The translations under genes were made by a program, and so were the position numbers. From Eledone cirrhosa (lineage: Eukaryota), in the NCBI GenBank assembly GCA_964016885.1, contig OZ024757.1, positions 6,076,001 through 6,140,000 on the forward strand: a stretch of DNA of 64,000 bases. Direction: 5' to 3'. The first letter of the stretch is position 1. Each line of letters opens with the position of its first letter. The notes beneath the pieces were generated by a model. It was not told where the DNA came from and ran no database searches. It saw only the letters and a program-made list of their open reading frames with translations. Of this stretch, positions 51,208 through 64,000 are shown in pieces.

Positions 51208-51660
51208 TCATCATCATCAATTAACGTCCATCTTCCACGCTAGCATGGGTTAGACGGGTCCCATTTAGAGGCAAGTTGGATCAGGTGACCGTGTCTCACT
51301 CATATAGGGGTGTTTCTGGCTAGCTTTCTATGGCAAGATGCCCTTCCTAACACCAACAACATTGTCGGCTGGGTGCTTTTTGCTGTCTTTTATACGTCCA
51401 CTTTACAGTGTGGGGTGGGTGCTTTTTGCTGTGTCTTTTACACGTCCATTTTGGGTGGGATATATATATATATGTCTGTGTCATCACCATTTAACGTCTA
51501 TTTTTCGATTCTTGCATGGGTTAGACGGGTCATCCACGCCAAGAGGCAAGTCTGGCCAGGGTTGGCCATGTGTCACACCTTGCTCAGGTGAGGTCTGTAA
51601 ATTTGGTCGGGTATTTACAGCTGGATCCCCTTCCTAACACCAACCATGTTTACAGTGTGG
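51208..51660 (-). mobile_element. Two RTE/SINE 3' tails
   Basis: (CAT)n-TTAACGTCCAT...CATGGGTTAGACGGG...CCCTTCCTAACACCAAC. Confidence 0.75.
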
Positions 51661-51669
51661 AACTGGATG

Positions 51670-52035
51670 GCTCTGTTATGAGGAGGGACAGGCCGGTTGG
51701 CTGCACTGAACCCATCTCACAGTGGAATTATAATTTTGGGGCCTGGTACTGGATGGCACCACTATGAGGAGGGGTGGCCAGTCAGCTGCACCAAACCCAT
51801 CCCACAAGGTTACCATAGTTTTGGGGCCTGGTACTGGATGGTACAGATACGAGAATGGCTGGCCAGTTGGCTGCGCCACTATGGGGAGAGTAGCCAGTCG
51901 GCGGAGCAAAACACATCTCACAAGGTTACCATAGTTTTGGCGCCTGGTACGGGGTGGCACCACTATGCGGAGGGGTAGCCGGTCGGCTGAGCCAAGCCCA
52001 TCTCACAAGGTTACCACAGTTTTGGGGCCCTGTAC
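51670..52035. repeat. Degenerate GC-richer tandem repeat (4 units of roughly 90-110 bp)
   Basis: Recurrent CCCATCTCACAAGGTTACCATAGTTTTGGGGCCTGGTAC...GGCACCACTATG. Confidence 0.8.
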
Positions 52036-52213
52036 TAGAGCAGACCTCTGAAGAGATAGAAGGATATAATTTACAGAGCATGCTGGAATACCACTGCTTA
52101 CATTGGAGAAAATTACTCTGGTCAGAATGTTGATATCTACAGTTTACCAAAATAGAATTATAAAATTTCCACTGTTAAATCTATCTCTGCTTCTAAAGTA
52201 TTCTGTATTATCT

Positions 52214-52237
52214 CATACTGTTTCTTTCTTATTTCAG
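52214..52237 (+). promoter_or_regulatory. 3' splice acceptor of the gene B finger exon
   Basis: CTGTTTCTTTCTTATTTCAG|AATA; exon starts at 52238. Confidence 0.75.
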
Positions 52238-52533
52238 AATATCAGATGAAATTTGGATAAATTATTATTTTCAATCTTGGATACATCACCTATATTTATC
52301 ATCATTTGAAGACTAAAACCTTCTAAACAGAACTTATATAACACTTTATATAAATCTATAGTTCAATTACTGTGAAATATTTCCTCAGAACTGAGTTTAT
52401 TTTTTTCACTATGAGATGATTTTGTATTTTAACTAAACTTGGATAAAACATAAGTTTGTATTATCTTCAGATATTAACTGAAATATAGTTGAGGGAAATA
52501 TAGAAGATATATTTTATAAGAAATATAATATAA

Positions 52534-53766
<1,233 letters not shown>

Positions 53767-54192
53767 CGCATTGACATCAGTGATAAATCATTCTCTCAAA
53801 TTTGTGAATTAATGAGAATACAAATACATATCATTGTAACATCTTAGGGAAATCATTCTCTTTGAATGTTACATTAACTACACACACACACACATATACA
53901 TACAGCTGGGAAGCCATATCACTTTGATATATTTGGTACATCATTCTCTAAATGTTGTGGCTTCACTAGACACCAACATATACATACAGGAGAGGAACCA
54001 TATCACTGTGATAAATCCTTCTCTAAATGTTGTGGTTTAATTAGACACTAACATATACAGGAGAGGAACTATATCACTGATGTCTGTGGTAAATCATTCT
54101 CTTATAAAGATTACTTCATGCAACACAATTAGATAAAAACCATGTCACTCACGTAAAATAGTGCCACCAATGTTGTTAATATTTTGAATAAA
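53767..54192 (+). other. 3' UTR made of decayed zinc-finger repeats, with polyadenylation signal
   Basis: Broken AAATCATTCTCT and CCATATCACTG finger relics; AATAAA at 54187-54192. Confidence 0.7.
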
Positions 54193-54224
54193 CCTGTTTT
54201 ACTAAGAAATTCTTCTCCCTTCAT

Positions 54225-55465
54225 TTTATGTCCGTACAAACACAGTCTTCTCTCTTACACACCACTTCAGCTCACTCTTAAACCCAGCTTTTCTTGAACT
54301 TGTCCAAGCTCTCCCTTTCTCTCACACTTACACAACATATCCTACAAAGCATGGTTGTTTCATTTGTCTCCAGTCTACATATCCTCTGCAGTCACCGCCC
54401 TTATTTCGTTACCATGCATCATTGCATATCACCCACATGTGTCATACAGTTGTCCTTTTTTACAGAGAGAGAGAAACCTTTTGTTGTCAACAGTTGCAGT
54501 AGCTCTTAAACTGTTTCCATCCTATCCTAATTCTAGCTATACATCTTTCAGAGCAGCCTCCTCCACTGCTAATTAACTCACCTACATTGCAAAATATATT
54601 TGTCAGCATACTTAATGAAGGGTCTGTTTGGAAGTGCCTCCCCTAGTAAACAGTGGTGCCACAACTCAGAAACCAATGGTCACACATACATGGTAAGTTA
54701 GCTAAGAACATAGGTTTTACATTGGTTCACTGTGCTGGAGAAGTAAGCAGCAATCACGTTTAGGAGACAAGCTCTATCAAATATTTAAAGGGTTCCATAG
54801 AAGCAGTTGACAGTTTCTGTTACCTGGGGTATCAAATAAGCAGTGGAGGTAGGTGTTCTGAAAGTACAGTAACAAGAGTAAGAACAAGATGGCAGAGGTT
54901 TAGGGTGTTACTACTGCTGCAAGCTACAAAAGGTTGTTTCATCAATTTGATGTGTGCATATGAACAGCAATGCTGCATTGCAGTGAGGACCTCAGAAGAT
55001 TGGATAGAAATGAAGCTTGAATTCTCCAATGGTTGTGTAAAATTAATATACATGAAGGGGAAAGTGTAAATAAACTGAGAGAACCTGGGCATGAGAGGGA
55101 TAAGATACAGTATGCAGGAGAGGAGATTGCTGTGGTATGGACATGTGATGTGTATGAAGGTAGAGATGCTGTATAAAAGGTTGACTGCTTGAAATTGATG
55201 GAAGAGGAAGACCCATGAATGCTTGGGATGAGGAGTTAAAAACTGACCTGACACCATTGTACCTCTCAAAGATGATGACACAGGATTGAAATCTCTGGCA
55301 TTATATAGTACTGCAGGAGACCTGCATTCCCATGTCCACGGGTTGACACAACACTTAGTGGTTTGAAGTATGCTCCAATTTTCCTCCCCTTCACATCTTA
55401 ACACTCCACCCCCTTACCAGCTAAGTACACCACCCTTACCTACCTCACCAATCCCACCCTACATA
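54225..55465. mobile_element. Old RTE fragments (54225-54590 on -, 54650-55465 on +)
   Basis: Decayed GWK.FR.L...HG.E and RRLLWYGHV motifs. Confidence 0.75.
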
Positions 55466-56539
55466 CACACAACCCCACCCCCACTTTCACATCTGATACA
55501 CCTCTCTTGACCAACCCATGTATACAAGTAAGGAAAGCTTAACATGCTCTCCTCCAATGCTGCTTAAATGGCTAAAAGCCCTCAGAAACTCCTGTAAGGT
55601 GGTCGTGCAGGTGTCATGCAAAAGAACACAGTCCTCTCTGTTAGGTAATATGACAAAAGAGCACCTAACCCTCCCTGCAAGGTAGTCATGCTGGTGACAT
55701 GACAAATAAGCACCCAGTCTACCCTGTGAGGTAGACATGACAGAAGGCCCCTAGCCCACTCTGTAAAGTAGTCAAGCTAGTGGCAATACTAAAGGGACCC
55801 AAAGCACCCTTCAAAGTGGTCAAATTGGTGACATGACTTGACACCATTTTTTATTTTACTTCTAAACTATCTCATATATTTAAAAATTACTTATTTATTT
55901 CTTTTAAAAATTACTTTTTAAAGATTATTTAAAATTTTTAAATATTTTTGAACATTTTAAATAGTTTAAGTACATTTAAGTAATTTATTTTGTTAAAAGG
56001 GTTTTTTGAGTATCTTCAGAGATTTAAAAAAATTTTTATTTATTTTTTCCAGAACTTTTAATATTTTAATATTTTTAAATATTTTTTTATTATTTAATAT
56101 TAGAGTTATAACCAATAACTAATTCTGGCTAAATATATCTTTCAACATTTATATCTTCGTCAAAATGGTCTCATACTAACTAATAAATAAACAAAACTGG
56201 GTTTTTCAGTATCTTCTTAATTTAAAACATTAAAAACATATAAATAATCTTATTAACTCAGTTAATTTAATTACTTACACTAAATATAAACCAGTATCCC
56301 TCATAACTTATTAAAACAATTATCTATAACATGATATACCCATTTATCCACTCATATATCTATTCTTCTATCTATATATTTCTATCTATTGATTCTCCTA
56401 TTTTCTACTTTATATCTATTTATTTTCAATTTATTATTCAATGTCTTTATATATATTTATTTTTTCTATATATTTATAATAGTAAATATTATATTGTATT
56501 ATATTAGAATTCTAACAATAATTAGTAAATATACGTAAC

Positions 56540-56886
56540 ATCATCATCATCATCATCATTTCATTTTACGTCCGCTTTTTCCCTGCTTGCAAGGGTGGGA
56601 CGGGAACTAATGCTGGCTTGATTTCTACAGCTGGATGCCCTTCCTAACACCAACCTCATTTACAGTGAGTGCTGGGTGCTTTTTTTGCCGTGGCACCTAC
56701 ACGACCACTTTGCAGTGGAATGATATGGACCCCAGTCCCTATCATCTCATTTCTACAGCTGAGTAAACTGGAGCAATGTGAAATAAAGTGTCTTGCTCAA
56801 GGAAACAACACATCACCCGGTCTGAGAATTGAACTCACAACCTTTCGATTGCAAGGCCAATGCTCTAACCACTAGGCCATGTGCCT
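56540..56886 (-). mobile_element. tRNA-derived SINE family 1, full length with (GAT)n tail
   Basis: A/B-box head at the right end and RTE-like tail at the left end. Confidence 0.88.
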
Positions 56887-57185
56887 CCGTAACATTAATA
56901 TAAACTTAATACTTATTTACGTTACATGAGTTCATCCTCTATAAATTTCTTTCTTCTCTCTATCTCTCTATATATCTCATAACAGTAATTTTTTCTCTCT
57001 TTTTCTTCTCTTTCTTCCCTATCTTTCCCCAGCGTAGTTTAAATAAACGGTTGTTTTTTCAATTTTTCATACATTCATTTGCATATTCACACATAACTTT
57101 GAATTACCCCTAATAATATCCAGCGAATTTCCAACCGTTAAGGTTGATTTCCATGGGTATCTCGTTATTTATGAAACAAATTGTG

Positions 57186-57250
57186 TATTTTATCTGATGT
57201 AAGCGCACCAAGATTGGCTTGGTCGCCCTTGAAATATATATAATAAAATA
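57186..57250 (+). ncRNA. Minimal type I hammerhead motif (one core substitution)
   Basis: TATTTTAT-CTGATGT-stem II (AAG..ACCAAG/CTTGGT..CTT)-GAAA-TATATA-TA-ATAAAATA; stem I is a perfect 8 bp. Confidence 0.65.
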
Positions 57251-57265
57251 AATATAGTTTTATAA

Positions 57266-57650
57266 ATCATCATCATCATCAACGTTTTACGTCCGTTCTT
57301 CCATGCTAGCATGGGTTAGACGGGTTGTCCTGTTGTGGGCAGTGTCTGGTCGGCTGACCATGCCTTGCTCATACGGGAACTGATTTTGGCTTGATTACAA
57401 CTGGATGCCCTTCCTAACACCAACCTCATTTACAGTGAGTGCTGGGTGCTTTATTCCGTGGCGCCTACACGTCCACTTTACAGTGTGGGCTGGGTGCTTT
57501 TTTGCTGTGGCACCTCCACGACCACTTTGCAATGGGAAGGTGTGGGGGCATATTGTCTATATGCTTCAGCTTGAACCCATGGGAGGTCGGGTACTCTGTA
57601 TTACTGCGTGACGCCAGAGGTCACGGTCGTGTGTCATCGCCTTTGAGAGG
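57266..57650 (-). mobile_element. RTE 3' end and tail
   Basis: Inverted homologue of about 2095-2420. Confidence 0.8.
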
Positions 57651-57654
57651 TGTA

Positions 57655-57685
<31 letters not shown>

Positions 57686-57718
57686 TTCCTTTTAACTTAT
57701 ATGTGTATATAATATATA

Positions 57719-58750
57719 TACAGGGTCTCCCCAAAAATATAAACACATTTCAACTACAGTCTATGTAAATGTGTATACATTTTTGGGGGACACTGTAATA
57801 TACATATCATTAAACGTATCTCCTACATGTGTATAAATAAATATACATGTATTTTATTAACAATTTTCTGTAGAATCTGTTAAACATGGAAGAAAATGTG
57901 GAGACTAAATAAAATTAACGTGTTGGTCACATTAACTTAATAATATAACTATATATTAATGAAATATGTCTAAATAAAATATAGATTCAGTAGTTTATTA
58001 TGACCAAGATTAAATATTTAATGGAATTAAGTGGAATTTTCTAGGAAATAAGACAATAAAACAGTGAAATGTTGAGGTTAAAAGAGACAAAATGTCCTCT
58101 CTTTATAAACTTTAATGTGGCTGAATTAGTAGTGGCTCGGCTTACTAACCTCAGCTCTCTCATCTTACAAGGGTTCGAATCTCACGTAGTTCACTATATT
58201 GTCTACAGAGTTATCTCCTACTGCTTTTATATAGTACCACTGTTTACTGTAAAGAGGGTGCTACAATAATTTACTAGTGTGAGCAGTCTGGCTTACTAAC
58301 GCCAGGACTAAAGTGTTACCTGGTTTCAACCGGGCTGGTTCCTTAATTTTTAAAAAGAGTTATCACCCATAGCCTTTCAGAGTTTCTTAGTTTACTCGAC
58401 AGGTGGCAGGGCGATCTGCTTTTATTAGGAGTAGTAAGAGACAATAATATATGGAAGGAGGAGAAATGAGAGATAGAAAGACAAAACTGTGTTAATTCTC
58501 TCCCCCTCTCTTTTTTTACTCTATCTACCTCTTATGTCTTCATTTCACTGTTTTATTGTCTTATTTCCTAATTCCACTTAATTCCATTAAATATTCAATC
58601 TTGGTCGAAATAAATATTTTCATCTGTGACGATCTGAACAACCAATAATAGGAGGAGTCACGTTACATATGTATATATACAGGGTGTCCCTAAAATATGT
58701 ATACACATTTACATAGAAGTGTGAATACATTTTGTGGGGGAGACCCTGTA
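57719..58750. repeat. Diverged inverted duplication with a tiny MITE at each outer end
   Basis: 57998-58070 is the reverse complement of 58541-58610; MITEs at 57721-57795 and 58680-58748. Confidence 0.7.
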
Positions 58751-59659
58751 TATATTTTATTTATACATCTATATATTAAAAGATGATAGATATATAAATA
58801 TAAACATATATATATATATATATATATCCACACTCATGTATGTATATATATTTATAAATATACATATATATATAAAGATATATATATACTCTTACGTGTA
58901 TACATCTGAAAATGTATATATGCATGTAAACACATACCTAAACATACATGTATACATATAGATGGACAGTTATACATATACAATAACTTATTTCTATACA
59001 TACATATACCCCAAGTAAGGCATGGTGCTGCCAACTAACCAGACCTCCCTCATAATGGACCAACTAGATCCCAAAATACAGGCCTGCTAGCCAACACACA
59101 GTCCCAATAAGTGTAAGTTACAGCTCAGCTATCTGGACAGACTTGTCTTAAGACTACTCAGTATCCCACTACATATTTTATATACTATATATATACTGTA
59201 TATATACTGTTTATGTATATATCTACACATATAATTGTGTATTCAAACATTATCCTAGTAATGAAATAATTAATAATTTTAGTAAATTGTTCAAAATTCT
59301 TCATTAACCCTTTTGGTAGAAACCCAGCCAAAACTGGTTCTCGTTCTATGGAAATGCTTCCTATCTAAATTAAAGTCTTCCAACGAAATTCTATATAACA
59401 ACCGTATGTTAAGTTACTATGTTAGTAATTAACTAGCAATTGTGAGAGATAGCTCAAAATTATTCATAATTAATTGAAATACGAGGTTCATAATTATAAT
59501 AAAATCTTCGAATAGGCTACGAAGCCGGTAATCCCTAGAGGTACGCAACACACACATTGCTATAGCGTTTCACCAGCCCCTTCTTTCCTCAATCATTACA
59601 TAGATGTGTGTGTATGTAATCATTATTTTGTATTGTGTGTCTATTGATGAATATGTATG

Positions 59660-60200
59660 AATAGATGTGTGTGTGTGTAACCCAGTAGATGTGTGTGTGT
59701 GTAACCCAGTAGATGTGTGTGTATGTAACCCAGTAGATGTGTGTGTATGTAACACAGTAGATGTGTGTGTGTGTAACTCAGTAGCTGTGTGTGTATGTAA
59801 CACAGTAGATGTGTGTATGTAACACAGTAGACAGGGGTATGTAACACAGATGTGTGTGTATGTAACACAGTAGATGTGCTAGTGTGTAACACAGTAGATG
59901 TCTATGTAACACAGTAGATGTGTGTGTATATAACATAGTAGATGTGTGTGTATGTAACACAGTAGATGTATGTGTGTATATACAACACAGTAGATGTGTG
60001 TGTATGTAACACAGTAGATGTGTGTGTATGTAACACAGTAGCTGTGTGCATATGTAACACAGTAGATGTGTATGTATGTAACACAGTAGATGTGTGTGTG
60101 TATATATAACACAGTAGATGCGTGTGTATGTAACACGGTAGCTGTGTGTATATGTAACACAGTAGATGTGTATGTATATAACACAGTAGATGTGTATGTA
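59660..60200. repeat. About 20-26 bp minisatellite
   Basis: Unit GTAACACAGTAGATGTGTGTGTAT. Confidence 0.93.
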
Positions 60201-61059
60201 ACTAAAGTGTAACGTACTGATGAATGGACGACAAAATGACTTTAACTTGTTTTTTTAACAATTGATGGTAGAAAAGATTTTAAATTGTCTCAACTAAGAC
60301 CATAAAGGGCCGCAACGCATGGAGTCTGACACTCTTACCGGCTACATAGTCTGGGAGTCTATTTTACCGGGACCGGCTACATAGCTTCTTCCTAAAATCT
60401 TCCAACATAATTTTATACAAGAACCACATGTTAAGTTACTAATAAAATAATTAATAATTAAAAACTTTAGTAAATCCTTCCAATGATATCTCAGTAATGA
60501 ACTAATTAATAGTTGTTATAAATACCTCAAAATTCCTCATTAATTAAACCCAAGACAGGTAAAAACTCCAGAGTCTTTCAGTCGGACATGAAACAAATTA
60601 ATTTCTAATGGAAGAAAAGATTTTAAAGTCAGCAAGGGAGATCACTCTCAGCGACTTATTGTAATTCTTGTTCGTGAATTAATCCGGAATAAGTCATTCC
60701 GGTGTATTTTGTGTGGAGGAAACCGGATTTAGGCGGTGATAGCACACAGTACATCAACGTATGGTTCGTGAGTTCGAATCCCAGACCTGGTGACCTGTAC
60801 GTTGAGGCCTTGAACAAGACAATTTATTTCTCATTGTTTGACTTCACCCAGCTGGCAAAAATAATAAGTTGTACCAGTAATTATAGTGGAAACGTTGTTA
60901 CATAGAATTGTCACACTGAATCTTCCTGAGAACAATGTCAACGGTATACGTGTCAATGAAATACTCACACATTATAATATAAGATGGGTTCTACATGTAT
61001 TTCAAAGGGTAGCCATGTCATATATCTCGCTGAATCTCCCTTAGAACTACGTATTTACT

Positions 61060-61420
61060 AGTGACTATCAGACATATTGTATCTAGTACTACATTATCTA
61101 ATCTACAGTACAGTAGTTAGTATTACTGGCTATAAGACATAGTTTATCTAAGACTACATTATCTTATGTACAGTATAGAAATTAGTATTAATGGCTATTA
61201 GACATAGTGTATCTAGGACTACATTATCTAATGTACAGTATAGTGTCCATCAGACATAGTGTACCTAGGACTACATTATATAATGTACAGAATAGTGGCT
61301 ATCAGACATAGTGTATCTAGGACTACATTATATAATGTACAGTATAGTAGCTATCAGATATAGGGTATCTAGGACTACATTATCTAATGTACAGTATAGC
61401 AGTTAGTATTTGTGGCTATC
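61060..61420. repeat. About 52-64 bp minisatellite, about 6 copies
   Basis: GGACTACATTATCTAATGTACAGTATAG...CTATCAGACATAGTGTATCTA. Confidence 0.88.
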
Positions 61421-62176
61421 ATTAATATAGACTTTAAGTAAATCTTTGTCAACTTACCTCCTTCACATATAATCAATGTGTTGTGTCGTTAGTTGTTACT
61501 AAACAACCAAAGAAATAATCTCTTTGTTATCAAATTAGAAGTTTCAATGTTATCAGCTTTATTTCACGACATTAACGTTGGTGTATCTTCATCTTTAGTC
61601 ATAAATTGATATCTTGTCAGAATGAAGTAGTGAGGCTGACTTTATGTCTTTAGCTACAGATTTGATAGGAAATATATATATATTAGGTTGATATGTGGTC
61701 TAAAATATATATATTGTCTATGAATGACTGATAGCAGATGTTCTGGTGAAATAGTAGTTTTACTACTACAGATTGTAATGGAACTCTTAGTAGACACAAT
61801 TGTAAAGTAAGAATAGATATGACAGTGTAAGACTGATGTCGGGGAGAGTAAATTGTGTATATATATATATAATTGTTACACAAGATATAATTAGATTAAT
61901 TAAAGTTATAATTGTTTCTACTTTAGGCACAAGGCCAGCAATAACCCAGTGCATTACTGGTACTTTATTTTATCGACCCCGTAAGGATGAAAGGCAAAGT
62001 CAACATCGGCGGGATTTTAACTCAAATCGTAAAGGGACGTAACCATGCTGGAAAGCATGGCGTCCGACCCTCTACCGATACTGCCAATCCACCGCCATTA
62101 ATTAAAGTTATAATGAAGACAGCAGGTACTCGGTGTTGTTGACAATGTTTCACCTCTCTTACCGGTGTCATACGTT
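61420..62176 (-). promoter_or_regulatory. Additional leader-exon/promoter cassette copy with an intact donor
   Basis: Direct copy of about 3463-4020; GAAGGAG|GTAAGT with the intron starting at 61457. Confidence 0.55.
61913..62096 (-). mobile_element. tRNA-derived SINE family 2 with an 18-bp TSD
   Basis: TSD ATTAATTAAAGTTATAAT at 61895-61912 and 62097-62114; head GGCGGTGGATTGGCAGTATCGGTAG and B-box-like GAGTTAAAATCCC. Confidence 0.9.
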
Positions 62177-62259
62177 CTTATATTTGGACGCTTTTACTGT
62201 ATCTGCTGCGATATTTCGTGCCTGCTTTTACTGCAAGTGCAAGAAGGAGAACAAAAAGT

Positions 62260-62650
62260 GCTCAGTCTACACTGTAAAGTTGTCATTTTGGTGCCATGAA
62301 AGTACTCAGTCCACACTGTAAAGTAGTCATTTTGGTGACATGATAGTGTCCAGTCGACACTGTAAAGTAGTCATTTTGGTGCCATGAAAGTACCCAGTCC
62401 ACACTGTAAAGTAGTCATTTTGGTGACATGATAGTGCCCAGTCCACACTGTAAAGTTGTCATTTTGGTGATACTGCAGAAAGCACCCAGTACACACTGTT
62501 AAGTAGTTGGCGTTATGAAGGGCATCCAGTCATGGAAACCAAGACACGGTCATCTGATCTGAATTGTCTCACAATAGGACAACTCATCTAACCCATGCTA
62601 GCATGGAGAAATGGACGTTAAACAGTGATGATGATGATTATGATGATGAA
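62260..62650 (+). repeat. About 44-bp tandem repeat running into an RTE/SINE tail
   Basis: GTCCACACTGTAAAGTAGTCATTTTGGTGACATGATAGTGCCCA x5, then GTTGGCGTTATGAAGGGCATCCAG...(GAT)n. Confidence 0.85.
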
Positions 62651-62744
62651 AGTCTACGGTGCTGAGACCACAAATCAAGGGAGTAGTCTATTGATGTGAA
62701 GAAGTAGAGTGGGTATAGAGGAAGGTAAAAACATACCTGAGACA

Positions 62745-63260
62745 TGAATGTGTAACCTAGTAGTTAGTGACTTTATAGTTATGACTAGAGGAACTCAGAG
62801 ACAGAGGGCAACCTGGAGAAGAAGAATATGGAAGATAAAGGAGCCCTCAGCCAGTAACAAATTTAGAGATATTTTGTTTGACACTTTTCACAGTAAAGAA
62901 GAAGATATAGAGACTCAGAACATAGAGGAGGTGTTGGTGTTATATATATGTATGCTCTGATGGATGAGCAGCATTAGGAAACTGAGGGAATAAGTTGGTA
63001 TAAGAGAAAGTAGATGTAGTGTGCTAGAGAGAAGACTACGTTGGTATGGACATGTGATGTGTATGAAAGATAACAGCTGCATAAAGAAATGGAGAAAAAC
63101 TGATGTGGTTAGGACCATTGGAAAAGGCAGACCCAGGAAGACATGGGATGAGTGTGTGAAGACCTTAAAAGACCTCACAACAGAAATGACAAAGGACCAC
63201 AAGGGCTGGCACTATGTTATGATAGTGAAGACCTGGTCAACAGCATACACTGTGGCCTGA
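62745..63260 (+). mobile_element. RTE fragments
   Basis: RRRIWKIK and RRLRWYGHV...GKGRPRKTW. Confidence 0.8.
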
Positions 63261-63399
63261 CCTACCCCTTATCTTCCCTCTCCCTAGCACTCCCTAACAG
63301 GTATTTTTCACTACACCACCCCCACTCATTATCTGCTGCCCCCTTCAAAACCTCTAGAATCCCTCATTTCACAATCTAGTAGACACTCCCCTCACTGTT

Positions 63400-63625
63400 A
63401 TGTACTCCATCCATGCCCCCTCCACTAGAATTCCCTAGCAGCTCTCCTCATCTCCACTAAATACCCCCACCCCATCCATGCCCCCCTCCACTAGTACTCC
63501 CTAGCAGCTCTCCTCATCTCCACTATATACCCCCACTCCATCCATGCCACCTCCACTATTACACCCTAGCAGCTCTCCTCATCGCCACTAAATACCCCCA
63601 CTCCATCCATGCCACCTCCCTCTAG
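63400..63625. repeat. About 67-bp C-rich tandem repeat, about 3.5 copies
   Basis: CCATCCATGCCCCCTCCACTAG..CCCTAGCAGCTCTCCTCATCTCCACTAAATACCCCCA. Confidence 0.85.
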
Positions 63626-64000
63626 TATTTATCCCTTAGCTTCTGTCTCCCCCACTATAAACTCTTAGAACCCTTCACTATCACTCCTTAGTAGCTACCA
63701 TGCCCCTTCCCTATCACTCTGCTATTCTCTCCATCACTACACCTCCCCATTTCTGACATTGGTGAGTGCCACCCCCACCACTTTAGTGTTCTCATCTTCA
63801 TGGAAAAAGACAGGAGACAGGTGAAGAGGACCCTTCAGTGGTGTCAAAGACAGGACAATGTTCCTAGTGTTGGTGATCTACAAGATAAACACATCCACTA
63901 CATGCTATAAAGTTGGTGCTAGGAAGGGTATCCAGCCATAGAAAGCTTGCCATACAAAGTGCTGGGAGGACCCTTCACTTGTGTTAAAGACATGAAAACC

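Noticed and set aside
60210-60240. CTGATGA hammerhead candidate
   Set aside because: No stem II followed by GAAA and no stem I partner.

Overview
AT-rich, repeat-dense animal genomic DNA. The tandem C2H2 zinc-finger genes, RTE LINEs and SINE families suggest a coleoid cephalopod such as octopus (inference). The only host genes are two divergently oriented, paralogous poly-C2H2 genes. One is an intact 13-finger gene on + (52576-53766). The other is a 5'-damaged 19-finger ORF on - (16104-17708). Both appear to share a two-exon design: a non-coding leader/promoter cassette ending in a GTAAGT donor, a TE-filled intron, then one large finger exon. That cassette occurs six times in the window through direct and inverted segmental duplication. 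The rest is mobile DNA: many RTE fragments (with a PHD finger inserted inside the RT), an internally deleted CR1-like LINE, a GC-rich CRE-clade retroelement, Penelope remnants, Merlin, mariner, pogo and piggyBac-type derivatives, a Helentron-like element and tRNA-derived SINEs. Several minisatellites can be traced to TE sequence. The most notable unannotated signal is a set of minimal type I hammerhead ribozyme motifs (5882-5930 +, 6805-6874 -, 15715-15775 -, 57186-57250 +). Most ORFs in the supplied track are microsatellite or antisense artefacts. Boundaries of degraded elements are approximate and were read by eye.
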